32,000 nt of DNA from Ignicoccus pacificus DSM 13166 (GCA_025340205.1 CP006868.1:1140001-1172000), one strand, 5' to 3'. Numbered from the stretch's first letter, positions 9,401 through 16,949 are shown. Made by a program: numbers and translations. Notes: generated by a model from the sequence alone, not told the origin.

Positions 9401-10187
9401 CACCGAGTATCAAGTAGACCGCTATGTAGCCTACGTCAGGGAAGCTCTGAGTCTGGGCGCCGAATCCTAAGGTGGCTGCCAAGCCAGCTACCGTGGAGGA
9501 GTGGCACCTCCTAGCGTCGTGGTCTATGTTGTTACTTCCGAAGAGCATTGACATTTTCCTTATGACGTAAGCTTCCTCGTTGAGTAGCTTTGCTCCTGCC
9601 ATTATCATTATCGGATACTTGTTGCCCTCGTAGAAGTAGCAACCAGCCTTGCTGTCGCACACCTTCCCGTCGTATTCATGGTAAGCCTTTACGTTACTTT
9701 CCTTCAAGAGCTCCTTCCACTTCTTGGAAATATAGGCAAAGGCTTCTTCCCAAGTTACCTCTTTCCAGACGGGCTTGAACTGCTTGAGGTAGTTATACAT
9801 CTCATCAGCGTCCTTCATCTCAATGAACTTCTTGTAGTCTGGCTTGGGATTAGTCCTTATCATGGGATTCTTTAGCCTAAGAGGGTTTTTGGACCCAAAC
9901 ATGGCTATCGAGGCTTTACCCTTTACACACAATTTCCCTCTGTTAAGAGGGTTATCGGGGTCTCCCTCTACGTCCAAGACGTCGTTGCCTTTTGTATAGA
10001 AGATCAAACCACATCCTACGCTGCACCACATGCATATGGACCTTCTCTCAACGGTCTTGCTCAGCTCCAAGGTACCTATACTTCCAAGGTCAACTTTCTC
10101 TTCAAAGGCCTCAGCCTTAGCTATAGCTGGAGCCAGAGCGGAGGCCCCCAACAACTTGAGGAACTGCCTTCGATTCGTGCCTTTCAC
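6489..10187 (-). CDS. fdhA: Molybdopterin oxidoreductase, formate dehydrogenase catalytic (alpha) subunit, Cys form, TAT-exported
   Basis: GTG start; TAT signal 'NRRQFLKLLGASALAPAIAKAEA'; [4Fe-4S] motif 'CMWCSVGCGL...GKLCVKG'; active-site context 'HDARRCHSSTVAGLAATLGFGAQTQSF' with Cys; 1232 aa. Confidence 0.88.
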   Translation of the reverse strand: MKGTNRRQFLKLLGASALAPAIAKAEAFEEKVDLGSIGTLELSKTVERRSICMWCSVGCGLIFYTKGNDVLDVEGDPDNPLNRGKLCVKGKASIAMFGSKNPLRLKNPMIRTNPKPDYKKFIEMKDADEMYNYLKQFKPVWKEVTWEEAFAYISKKWKELLKESNVKAYHEYDGKVCDSKAGCYFYEGNKYPIMIMAGAKLLNEEAYVIRKMSMLFGSNNIDHDARRCHSSTVAGLAATLGFGAQTQSFPDVGYIAVYLILGGNPADAHPVSMKPVIESKERGTLKLVVVDPKFGRTAAKANLFAFHRPGTDVALLYYILHYAFYEKKIDQLEAFKEYIKRTNVDMEEINEFKELVKRYDANEVSKITGVPVDKLKKIAELYVNNSGVATNFKRFSSIEWAMGLTQHTTGVQNIRAAAIVQLALGNMGFPGGGLNPYRGHNNVQGTTDMCILAHVFPGYIKIPSNSKQIRAYQEWKLQGFPDAFNWKPSQSACKALGLKCSCNGNECSLEVNSKALLWSWWFMNWRRFELTMGTFVGTEPEDRPWDENSKVISDLPFFVGYNEITYVKGTLVDDVLKGILLFAENPAVSDPNAKLTWASLSKMKLVVLADVFETETAWFADVLLPGAIQYEKEGSITNSNRWLQWSDRVALPPGDAKPDLWIMVKLYERLRQDGIVRLPSEEAGKNKEEVTVIHPYTKEKIVMYERPIEPYMDYSYPSQWEDFSEVNPRIVYREIDAAVDLYNGMYDWAHMYPLAKRRVAQPRSVKEVDGLLDSGALKHPNTNTPLRLYKDWGWSWPKNVRILYNLWTLEKTFGMEDYWEFPKGKYAVGESLDGRRVRITGETGEIVDSKTGTLRPAFVPGHNFYLGKFYKRAWTVYGKQMTDLFGGVANPSELMKEGKSLGITVLINKNGYKVVKLSELGVRYPVQESVYYDPEVVEKGKALFKKPYFVGTKVVEGKKVKYVDWKEWKEYHDSFISEFSSCVGNDPNNYRPCVKKFIEKYGEWFAIGRKGVTLAYSLDYPMHFEPAESPSLELAKKYPQIAWRKPFNKMFIFPPKVLPQLGAEIALTLGELERQMPKDAKPIVLTTNRLEEHWHTGALSRNNPYLAELVPEPFAHIPEPLAKELGIKSGDVVEIGSARAKIYVRAMVTHRMPKLDIAGETVYNVNIPWPFGYAGSHRTPSVANLLTPEVGDIITSIQESKVFLGWIRKAPKDKYVFEREAELPNIREEGWL

Positions 10188-10408
10188 CGCTATATCTACG
10201 AAGAGGTGGATAATGTTGTCGTTGATGTAATTAACTCTGGCAAACTATTTGAAGAAACTCAGGAAACTTTCCATTTGATCAATTTAGTTACAAAACTTAT
10301 AAAAAGTATTTACCAACCGCACAGTAATCGTAGTAGTGGAAGGAAGAAATGACATTAAAAGCTAGAATTCTTATTCTCCAATAGGTCAATGTTTCTCTAA
10401 AGAACATA

Positions 10409-10957
10409 CTAGGCCTTGCACAGAGGGTTCCTCTCATCGCATTCCACTCCCATCCTCCTCAGCAAGTCCAACCCTATCACCGCCAAGAGACCTAGCGTGG
10501 GGAGGAAGTCCCTCGTGGAGAGGGCCTCGAGCGCGCTCCTGACCTCCTCTCCCGGCAAGTGGAAAAGAAGAGGATAGAACGCTATGACCTCCTCCGGGAG
10601 GGGCACGAAGGAGAAGGACCACTCTAAAAGACCAGAAGCTTGTTGCTTGAACACGCAGCACATGTCATCCAGGGAAGGGCTATCGGGCAACTTGCTCACG
10701 AAACTAGAGTACTTCTTCATGAACTCCTCGTCTTGCTTTATTCTCTTGAAGTTTTCCTTATAAACAAGCTTTATCATCTCCTTTTTCATCTGGACGTGCT
10801 CGGGCCTAGAGTTGAGCTCGCTCATAATTTCTTCGAGCCTTTCAGTTACCTTGACCAACTCTTCCCCTTTGTTGGAGAGGAACCTCTTGTGCGAGTTAAC
10901 AACGCTTCTGTATATGTTCATTAGAATAAGGTTGTAGGCCTTCTTGACGTAATCCAA
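10409..10957 (-). CDS. Helical protein upstream of fdhA, possible TorD/NarJ-like redox enzyme maturation chaperone
   Basis: All-helical 182 aa with 'YPLLFHLPGEEVRSALEAL' and 'FLPTLGLLAVIGLDLL'; same strand and adjacent to the TAT-exported molybdoenzyme. Assignment rests mostly on context. Confidence 0.4.
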   Translation of the reverse strand: MDYVKKAYNLILMNIYRSVVNSHKRFLSNKGEELVKVTERLEEIMSELNSRPEHVQMKKEMIKLVYKENFKRIKQDEEFMKKYSSFVSKLPDSPSLDDMCCVFKQQASGLLEWSFSFVPLPEEVIAFYPLLFHLPGEEVRSALEALSTRDFLPTLGLLAVIGLDLLRRMGVECDERNPLCKA

Positions 10958-11067
10958 TCTCCTTACCTTCTGCTTTGATGGTAGTGAGCTCTTAAGAGGC
11001 GTTAAGCCTTGTGATCGATGACGTTCAAGTCTAAAGAGCTAATCCGGATGGGATACCTGGGAACAAG

Positions 11068-12294
11068 ATGTCAACTATCTTGAAGATAGACCGCTTTGGA
11101 CCGATAGAGAACCTCGAGCTTGAGATAAGTAGGGGAACGTATGTGACTATCGGTCTCCCTAACAAGGGGAAAAGCTATTTGATGAAGCTATTGTTTTTGA
11201 TAACTAGGCTGCATCAATCCCCTGTCTTAGGGGGACCCGAGGACCCTGAGGGGGCCTTCAAATTCATGTTTAAGGAGCTGTACGGCGAAGAAGGAGTAAA
11301 ACTGTTCAACGCCTCGAAGTTTGAAATATACGGATACCTTTATAACTTAACATTTGAGGAAGGTCGAGTCGAAATAGAAGAGAAAGAAGTAGATCTCGTT
11401 CCAAGCTCATGTGAAGCTGGATCTCGGACTGAGGTGAACTTAACAGAAGCCTCGTTGGACGTTCTCTCTACTAGTAACTTAATTGCCGTGATGCCCCCTA
11501 GGAACGAGAAGGAAAGGTTAGCCCTCTTGGTGGGCGGCCTGATCGTCGGCACAAGCTACTGTGAGGTGGAGATGACCGTTCCTATATTCACCGGAAGGGG
11601 ATTCTCTAGAATGAAGGAGAAGGTTGACGTGGCACTCTTGCCCTTCAGCGTCTTCTTACCGCACGGTAGGTCCTTCGTAATAGAGCACTATTCCCTATCT
11701 CAAGAATATCCCATGGAGTTCTCCGGATACTTAAAGCTCTATCAGAGTATGAGGTATAGGTTAACCGTTTATCCTTGGCTAAAGGCGCTTGAACTGAACA
11801 AGGACAGACTTAGTGAAACACAGATAGTGAATAAGGTAATGAAAGAAGTGACCGGTGGATATGTTGAGGTTAAAAACGGCAAGCTTCTCTTCAAGGGAGT
11901 TAACTCTACCGTAATGGTCCACTCATCTGCGGACGCCGTCAAAGAACTAGTGGCTCTAGCTTCATCCGAGATCCTAGCTTCTTCTAATCCCTTCTCATAT
12001 CTGTTTATAGAGGAACCGGAGAACCAGCTGCATCCACGAGCTCAAGCGATCTTGGCTAAGACCCTCCCAAATATTGCAGAGGTGTTAATGTTTACTACTC
12101 ATAGCCCCTTTATGATAATAGGATCCTGTCTTAATAGTAAGAGAAGAGTCAGGTTTGTGTACCTAGGCAAAGAAGCAACGGTCCTAAGCTGTAAGGAAAT
12201 AATGAACGAGATTCCCGAGATCACAGAAGTTAGTCTTGAACAGCTAGAGGAGGTAGATAAGAATTGGAATATCATTACAAGCAAGGAAAATTAA
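11068..12294 (+). CDS. AAA/ABC-type ATPase (AAA_15/AAA_21, OLD-like N-terminal ATPase)
   Basis: 'KIDRFGPIENLELEISRGTYVTIGLPNKGKSYLMKLLFL' (Walker A), 'YLFIEEPENQLHPRAQ' (Walker B/D-loop), 'VLMFTTHSPFMI' (H-loop). Confidence 0.8.
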   Translation: MSTILKIDRFGPIENLELEISRGTYVTIGLPNKGKSYLMKLLFLITRLHQSPVLGGPEDPEGAFKFMFKELYGEEGVKLFNASKFEIYGYLYNLTFEEGRVEIEEKEVDLVPSSCEAGSRTEVNLTEASLDVLSTSNLIAVMPPRNEKERLALLVGGLIVGTSYCEVEMTVPIFTGRGFSRMKEKVDVALLPFSVFLPHGRSFVIEHYSLSQEYPMEFSGYLKLYQSMRYRLTVYPWLKALELNKDRLSETQIVNKVMKEVTGGYVEVKNGKLLFKGVNSTVMVHSSADAVKELVALASSEILASSNPFSYLFIEEPENQLHPRAQAILAKTLPNIAEVLMFTTHSPFMIIGSCLNSKRRVRFVYLGKEATVLSCKEIMNEIPEITEVSLEQLEEVDKNWNIITSKEN

Positions 12295-12701
12295 ATGTTA
12301 AGTGCGATAATAACGAATTCAAAATATTGTCTGATGGTAGCTTGCTTATGGCCTATCACGTGGAGAAGTATTTTTACAAAGGCGGATCTCCTAGGTGCGA
12401 TTGTTTCTTCATTTTCTCATATAATGGTCGAAAGTTCCTATGTATAGCAATAGAGGCCGGCTCTCATGATCCCGAAGAAGTTAGTGAGAAATTCAAGTCC
12501 TTTGAGGGTTTCTTTAAAGGATGTATCTGCTCATGCGTAAACGGACCCCTTTCCTTAGTCAAGGCATTTGCCCCTTCAAGCGCTCTGGTTAATCTTCTGC
12601 AAACTAGACCGTCACTGTACACAGAGTACAAGAGAAAAAGGTATTGTCGTGTTTTTGAGAGAACTGAGAGTAAAGATAGAGGGCAAGAAAGTAAACGTTA
12701 G
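12264..12701 (+). CDS. Small partner protein of the upstream ATPase (unknown, possibly nuclease-fold-like); probably frameshifted at its 3' end
   Basis: 31-nt overlap with the ATPase gene; 'RCDCFFIFSYNGRKFLCIAIEAGSHDPEEVSEKFKSFEGFF'; the +1 frame after AAAAAGG near 12645-12651 continues as '..KGIVVFLRELRVKIEGKKVNVSVPIGNKVVDRTYNFRNFCKKA' to 12768. Confidence 0.55.
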   Translation: MEYHYKQGKLNVKCDNNEFKILSDGSLLMAYHVEKYFYKGGSPRCDCFFIFSYNGRKFLCIAIEAGSHDPEEVSEKFKSFEGFFKGCICSCVNGPLSLVKAFAPSSALVNLLQTRPSLYTEYKRKRYCRVFERTESKDRGQESKR

Positions 12702-12879
12702 CGTACCCATAGGAAACAAAGTGGTGGATCGGACGTACAACTTTAGGAACTTCTGCAAAAAGGCTTGAAGACTACTCTTAACCTCCTTCCTTTAAAAGTA
12801 CGTGTAAAGCCAGAAATTCGTTTGCTTGGTAGGCTGTTGTTTTGACCATCTTTAAAAGAACTGTTCAGAGAGTGAGAGC

Positions 12880-13206
12880 ATGAAGATGCAAAGGTTAGCA
12901 CAGATGGCAGAGGAGTACTGCGAGGAGTTCATCAAGACAAAGAAGGAGCGGGAGGAAGGAAAGGAGAAGATATACGCTGTAGAGAGATTAGCTCAGTTCC
13001 TAGCTCAAGCGCTGCTTGACTTTGCAGACATCTTAGCCACTCAAAAGCAAGGAAGGAAGTCGGAAAGTCATAAGGAATTAGCTAAGTTCCTAATATCCAA
13101 AATAGGTCATGAGGAGTTCTTGCTGGACTTAGCTGGGTTCAGAAACGTATTGATTCGCATGTACGTTGAACTGATGATGAACTGGAGAGGGAGATGGGTG
13201 AGGTGA
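12880..13206 (+). pseudogene. HepT-like HEPN toxin (DUF86), mutated and frameshifted
   Basis: 'YAVERLAQFLAQALLDFADILATQ...LLDLAGFRNVLIRMYVEL' matches HepT except that the Rx4HxY His is Arg (cgc, 13156-13158). After 'MYVEL' the natural continuation 'TDDELEREMGEVIRKMKEL' lies in another frame from 13170. Confidence 0.75.
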
Positions 13207-13563
13207 TAAGGAAGATGAAGGAGCTAGCTAGGGATGATCCATGCATCGATGAGGTAAAAGAGATAGTGAGGAAGGTTGTTAAGGAGTGGAAACTGAGGTG
13301 CATAGCCCTGATAGGCTCGCTAGCTAGGGAAGGACCGTGACAAAGACGTTGACTTAGTAATAAAGTTCGGGAGGGGGCGAAGTTGTTAGAGCTGGAGAGG
13401 CTTCAAGCGGAGTTAGAGGATGCTATCGGAAGCAAGGTAGATCTCTAGTGGTAATTGATTACGATGTGAATCCCATAATGGCGAAGACTATAGTCGATGA
13501 GGCCTTGCTGAATATATGGTGATAAAGAGAAGTTCGAGAGGGATCTGTCGATCTTGTACAAGA
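13170..13563 (+). pseudogene. Degraded MNT-type nucleotidyltransferase (MntA-like antitoxin) fused or adjacent to HepT
   Basis: Frames must be joined to read 'EWKLRCIALIGSLAREG' / 'DRDKDVDLVIKF' / 'LLELERLQAELEDAIGSKVDL' / 'VVIDYDVNPIMAKTIVDEALLNIW'. GSxAR...DxDLVI is the MNT signature; at least three frame disruptions. Confidence 0.75.
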
Positions 13564-14039
13564 AGATCTTGGATGAGTACCGCTTAGCGCTGGGTAACGT
13601 AAGAAGCTTACCTCGAATGAATCATTAGGATCATTGTTCCTCCGGTGCCGACGTTTCGTAGTTGAGGTCATCGAGCGCTCTAAGAGTGTGTAGCAATAAC
13701 TTTTGCGGACGTGCTCCAGCATTAACGCAAGTACTACCTTGAATTAGTCTTCATAAGTCAACATACACTCTCCCTTGGCCTTATTATGTAGATAATCATC
13801 TTACTCTTTTCGTATTAGAAGAGGACTCTAATCTTTCCAACCCTCAAGTGGTAGTGATTCCTCTTCTCAGCCAGATCTCTCTATGCTAAGCCTCACGAAA
13901 GGGAAGTCCTCAAGTTGCTCTAACGCTTGTAGAATCCTTCTCCCTAGTAAGTGAATCTAAGGACTTCAGTTACTTCGAGGTCTTCCTAGTTAGAGTTACC
14001 GAGCTCACGCTCGACATCCTCCGAGGCGACTAGCTCCAA

Positions 14040-14240
14040 GTTCTCCTTCTCTTTTTCGGACTCTTCAATTGCTTCCAGCTGGTCCAGAAGAGGTTCAAAC
14101 CTCGAAGAGACACTTCTCCAAGAGCCTCTTGATCTCCCGAAGCTCATCTTGGGTTAGCGATCCGAGTTCCCACACTAGGAAGTGTGCTGGAGTCCAAAAG
14201 CTCTCTGAAAACAACTTACTCGCTTTTCAGGTTGAGTTGA
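14040..14240 (-). pseudogene. Decayed coding remnant of unknown helical protein
   Basis: Minus-strand frames join as 'HFLVWELGSLTQDELREIKRLLEKCLFEV' / 'PLLDQLEAIEESEKEKENLELVASEDVERELGNSN' across a frameshift; boundaries approximate. Confidence 0.35.
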
Positions 14241-14427
14241 TTTCCAGCAGCTCCGCACTCCCGAGCCAGTTGCTTCAGGGAAAGCGGGTTCCCGGCGTTT
14301 GGGCCCCCGCTCGTAAGCTGGGAGGAAATTGGGAGGAGGTTTGTTAAAATAAGTGGCTCAGCTACTCTCAATAGTGCTTGAGGAACGTTAAAGTGCTCAG
14401 AGTAGCAGAAAGATCTGGTAATGAAAG

Positions 14428-15504
14428 ATGAGGAAGGTGGCGATCTTACTACTCTTGTTACTCGCTTCGAAGTCGTTCGCTTTTTTGCTGTCGCGTCACT
14501 TGTGGACTTATAAGACTGGAAGCATAGTTGAAGGGCTGACGTTTTCCGATGATGGAAAACTTGGAGTGGTGTCGTATGATCATTGTATTTACATCCTTGA
14601 TCAAAAGGGGAACTTAATCATAAAGAAGTGTGGAAACAATGCCATGCTTGGCGCATCCTATTGCTGTGACAAGTTCGGATTTGTTAATGAAGATGGTAAC
14701 GCCTACATCTATGATCTCAAGAACGGAACTTGGAAGAAGGTATATGTGGGTTCTGATCACGCTCAAACGATCACAATGCTTCAAGATGGCTTCTTGGCTG
14801 GTAGTTTCAATGATAAGCTCGCCTACTTCACCTTTGATGGATTCAAAGGATGGGATGTGGAGGTAGATATCAGTGGAGCACCCACAGTCTACGGTGAGTA
14901 CGTCTACGTTCCAGGGTATTCTACACCTTCCTATTGTACTTATTGTAAGGGGGCATTGATTATTCTTAACATATCAAGTGGCGAGAGAGTTAGAATTATC
15001 ACATTCTCTGAAAATGTCAATAGTGCCCAAGTCTGTGACCATTACTTAGCTTTGGGAACCGCTCACCACGTTTATCTTTATAATATAAGCAATCCACTAA
15101 GTCCAAAGCTGTTGTGGAGCGTTGGGGGAATTGCAAGCAGTTGCACCTGGGACGTTTGTGGTGGAGCTATCGATATTGCCTTCTCGCCAGATTGCAAGTA
15201 CATACTGAGCGCCGATAATAATGATCACAAAATTCATATCTTTGACATTAAAGGAAACCAAGTGTTAGAGAGGAAGTTTGAGAGTCATGTTTGGTCAGTT
15301 GCTTGGTGGAGGGATAGGATAGCTATCGGATTATACAATGGTAAAGTTTACGTACTCAAGATTAAAGGATATATCCCATCCATCGCTACGGCTTGTCCTT
15401 GTACCACAACAGTTACCACCACGACCACGTTAACTACTACTGTAACGAAGACGATAACCAGAACGACTACGATTACTTATACTATCGCGATAACACAGAA
15501 GTAA
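14428..15504 (+). CDS. Secreted WD40/PQQ-like beta-propeller surface protein with Thr-rich C-terminus
   Basis: Signal peptide 'MRKVAILLLLLLASKSFA'; repeated 'LTFSDDGKLGVVSYDHCIYILDQKGN' / 'IAFSPDCKYILSADNNDHKIHIFDIKGN' blades; tail 'TTTVTTTTTLTTTVTKTITRTTTITYTIAITQK'. Confidence 0.75.
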   Translation: MRKVAILLLLLLASKSFAFLLSRHLWTYKTGSIVEGLTFSDDGKLGVVSYDHCIYILDQKGNLIIKKCGNNAMLGASYCCDKFGFVNEDGNAYIYDLKNGTWKKVYVGSDHAQTITMLQDGFLAGSFNDKLAYFTFDGFKGWDVEVDISGAPTVYGEYVYVPGYSTPSYCTYCKGALIILNISSGERVRIITFSENVNSAQVCDHYLALGTAHHVYLYNISNPLSPKLLWSVGGIASSCTWDVCGGAIDIAFSPDCKYILSADNNDHKIHIFDIKGNQVLERKFESHVWSVAWWRDRIAIGLYNGKVYVLKIKGYIPSIATACPCTTTVTTTTTLTTTVTKTITRTTTITYTIAITQK

Positions 15505-15600
15505 ACCAAGTACCTACAATTATTCCCATAACTAACTAACTAACATAGCTTTCTGGTAAACTTTGATATAGAGCGGCCTAAACTTCATTTTAACGAAATG

Positions 15601-15608
15601 CTTGTGGA
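15601..15608. repeat. 8-bp target-site duplication (left copy) CTTGTGGA
   Basis: CTTGTGGA directly precedes GGGACTGTC; identical 8-mer at 16393-16400 directly follows GACAGTCCC. Confidence 0.9.
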
Positions 15609-15689
15609 GGGACTGTCAACTCTTCGATATCGATCCATTTCATTAAAACTAATTACTCCTTTTGATAATACTAAATTGGAATTGTAATA

Positions 15690-16112
15690 ATGCCGCCAAA
15701 GGGACCAATGAAGCCAAAAGAAGTGATTAATGCATCAATATTGTTCTACATCTTAGGCCTATCCCTAAGGAAATCCTCGATAGCTATAAAGGAAATATTC
15801 AAGCTAAGGATATCTCATGAAACTATTAGGAAATATGTCAGGAAGTTCGGATTCAAGATGAGGAGATTAAATGAGAATCACTTCTCAAATGAAGTTCACC
15901 TAGATGATACAATGATAAAGTTAAATAGCTATTACGTTTACCTTTTTGTAGCTTTTGATGAAGCTAATAGAAATTATGCGCTAGTCTATTTAAGCAAAAG
16001 GAAGAGCTCTAAAGCGGTGAAGAGAGTAATTAAGAAGCTTAGGAGGTTAGGAATTAGGAGAATAATTACCGATGGTGCTAAGCAATACAACGTGATAAAG
16101 AACTGGGCTTGA
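15690..16112 (+). CDS. IS6-like DDE transposase, N-terminal part (OrfA)
   Basis: 'ISHETIRKYVRKFG' HTH, 'VHLDDTMIKLNSYYVYLFVAFDEANRNYALVYLSKRKSSKAVKRV', 'RRIITDGAKQYN'. Confidence 0.85.
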   Translation: MPPKGPMKPKEVINASILFYILGLSLRKSSIAIKEIFKLRISHETIRKYVRKFGFKMRRLNENHFSNEVHLDDTMIKLNSYYVYLFVAFDEANRNYALVYLSKRKSSKAVKRVIKKLRRLGIRRIITDGAKQYNVIKNWA

Positions 16113-16369
16113 AACATCATGTAATCAAAGGCATAAAGAAGAGGGATTCTATTGAAGGAGCTATTGGGTACGTCATTAGAAGTATGATGAAATTTAATGT
16201 GAGCTTCTCAAACGTAATTTACTTGTTGTCTCCGATGTTAATAATAGAAGCAATAGCTTATGCGAGAAATTTCATCTTTAATGAGCTGGGAATAAATCAT
16301 AGGACGTACAATAAGTACGAGGGAAGTATAATGAGTATGATAAACTCAATAATTAATGGTACGGTATAG
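16109..16369 (+). CDS. IS6-like DDE transposase, C-terminal part (OrfB), -1 frame relative to OrfA
   Basis: 'KHHVIKGIKKRDSIEGAIGYVIRSMMKF' contains the likely third catalytic Glu; in the -1 frame the sequence reads 'NVIK-ELGLKHHVIKG' continuously. Confidence 0.8.
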   Translation: MKHHVIKGIKKRDSIEGAIGYVIRSMMKFNVSFSNVIYLLSPMLIIEAIAYARNFIFNELGINHRTYNKYEGSIMSMINSIINGTV

Positions 16370-16392
16370 TACCATCAAGAATTGACAGTCCC

Positions 16393-16400
16393 CTTGTGGA
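16393..16400. repeat. 8-bp target-site duplication (right copy) CTTGTGGA
   Basis: Exact match to 15601-15608. Confidence 0.9.
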
Positions 16401-16445
16401 GGAGCTATTATACAGCATAATATTATGTAAGAGGGGTTGGGAAAG

Positions 16446-16610
16446 TTGAGCAGGGCTACTAGGAGAGTGATAGAAGAGACAGAGCCCCTACCGGACGAAA
16501 AAGAGGCGATCGAGGAGTTCCTGAGCGGGAAAGCTGAAATTATCAGTCTAGAGGAGCTCCGGGAGCTCCTCAGTATGCCCCTCCACGAGGGCCTACGTAG
16601 GTTAGAGTGA
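16446..16610 (+). CDS. RelB-like antitoxin candidate (54 aa; possible alternative TTG start at 16437)
   Basis: 'SRATRRVIEETEPLPDEKEAIEEFLSGKAEIISLEELRELLSMPLHEGLRRLE', similar in style to archaeal RelB antitoxins; 3' end overlaps relE antisense. Confidence 0.45.
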   Translation: MSRATRRVIEETEPLPDEKEAIEEFLSGKAEIISLEELRELLSMPLHEGLRRLE

Positions 16611-16800
16611 TCACCTTGTTCTTTTCATAAACCACGTAAATCACTCTGTAGCTTCCAAGCCTCACCCTGTAAGTATTCTCATATCCCTTCATCTTTATTA
16701 TATCGAAGTTCTTGGGAATGGGGTTTTTCTCCGACTCTTCGATCAGTTGGTTCAGAAGTTCCTTGTAGGTCCTTGGGAGCAATAGAGCTCCCTTGGCCAC
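16570..16800 (-). CDS. RelE/ParE superfamily toxin
   Basis: 'KMKGYENTYRVRLGSYRVIYVVYEKNKVITLTYVGPRGGAY' matches the RelE core and C-terminal strand. Confidence 0.8.
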   Translation of the reverse strand: MAKGALLLPRTYKELLNQLIEESEKNPIPKNFDIIKMKGYENTYRVRLGSYRVIYVVYEKNKVITLTYVGPRGGAY

Positions 16801-16949
16801 CCTCTTCGTCAGTTGATACCGTGTAACCCATCTCCTCTCTCTCCGTATATTTTTTGTGGAATAAATTTAGAGGCCGGAAAGAGGTGGACGGAGGAGAACA
16901 GCACACAGAACTAAAATAGAACAGTGCAGGCTTGATAGATGGTGACACC

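Larger units (their letters stand above)
15609..16392 (+). mobile_element. IS6-family-like insertion sequence, copy A (784 bp)
   Basis: TIRs GGGACTGTCAACTCTT / reverse complement of right end GGGACTGTCAATTCTT; 8-bp TSD; two overlapping transposase ORFs. Confidence 0.9.

Noticed and set aside
5995-9875. Many long plus-strand and out-of-frame ORFs antisense to fdhB/fdhA (for example 7119-7436, 7938-8237, 8560-8991 -)
   Set aside because: They mirror the codon structure of the real minus-strand genes, have low-complexity or unnatural compositions, and show no domain motifs or coherent operon structure.
13459-13722. Minus-strand 87-aa ORF across the MNT remnant
   Set aside because: Antisense to recoverable nucleotidyltransferase sequence and with no domain similarity.
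15530-15544. Short tandem repeat AACTAACTAACTAAC
   Set aside because: Only about 15 nt of a 4-nt unit; too short to support a CRISPR, satellite or regulatory claim.
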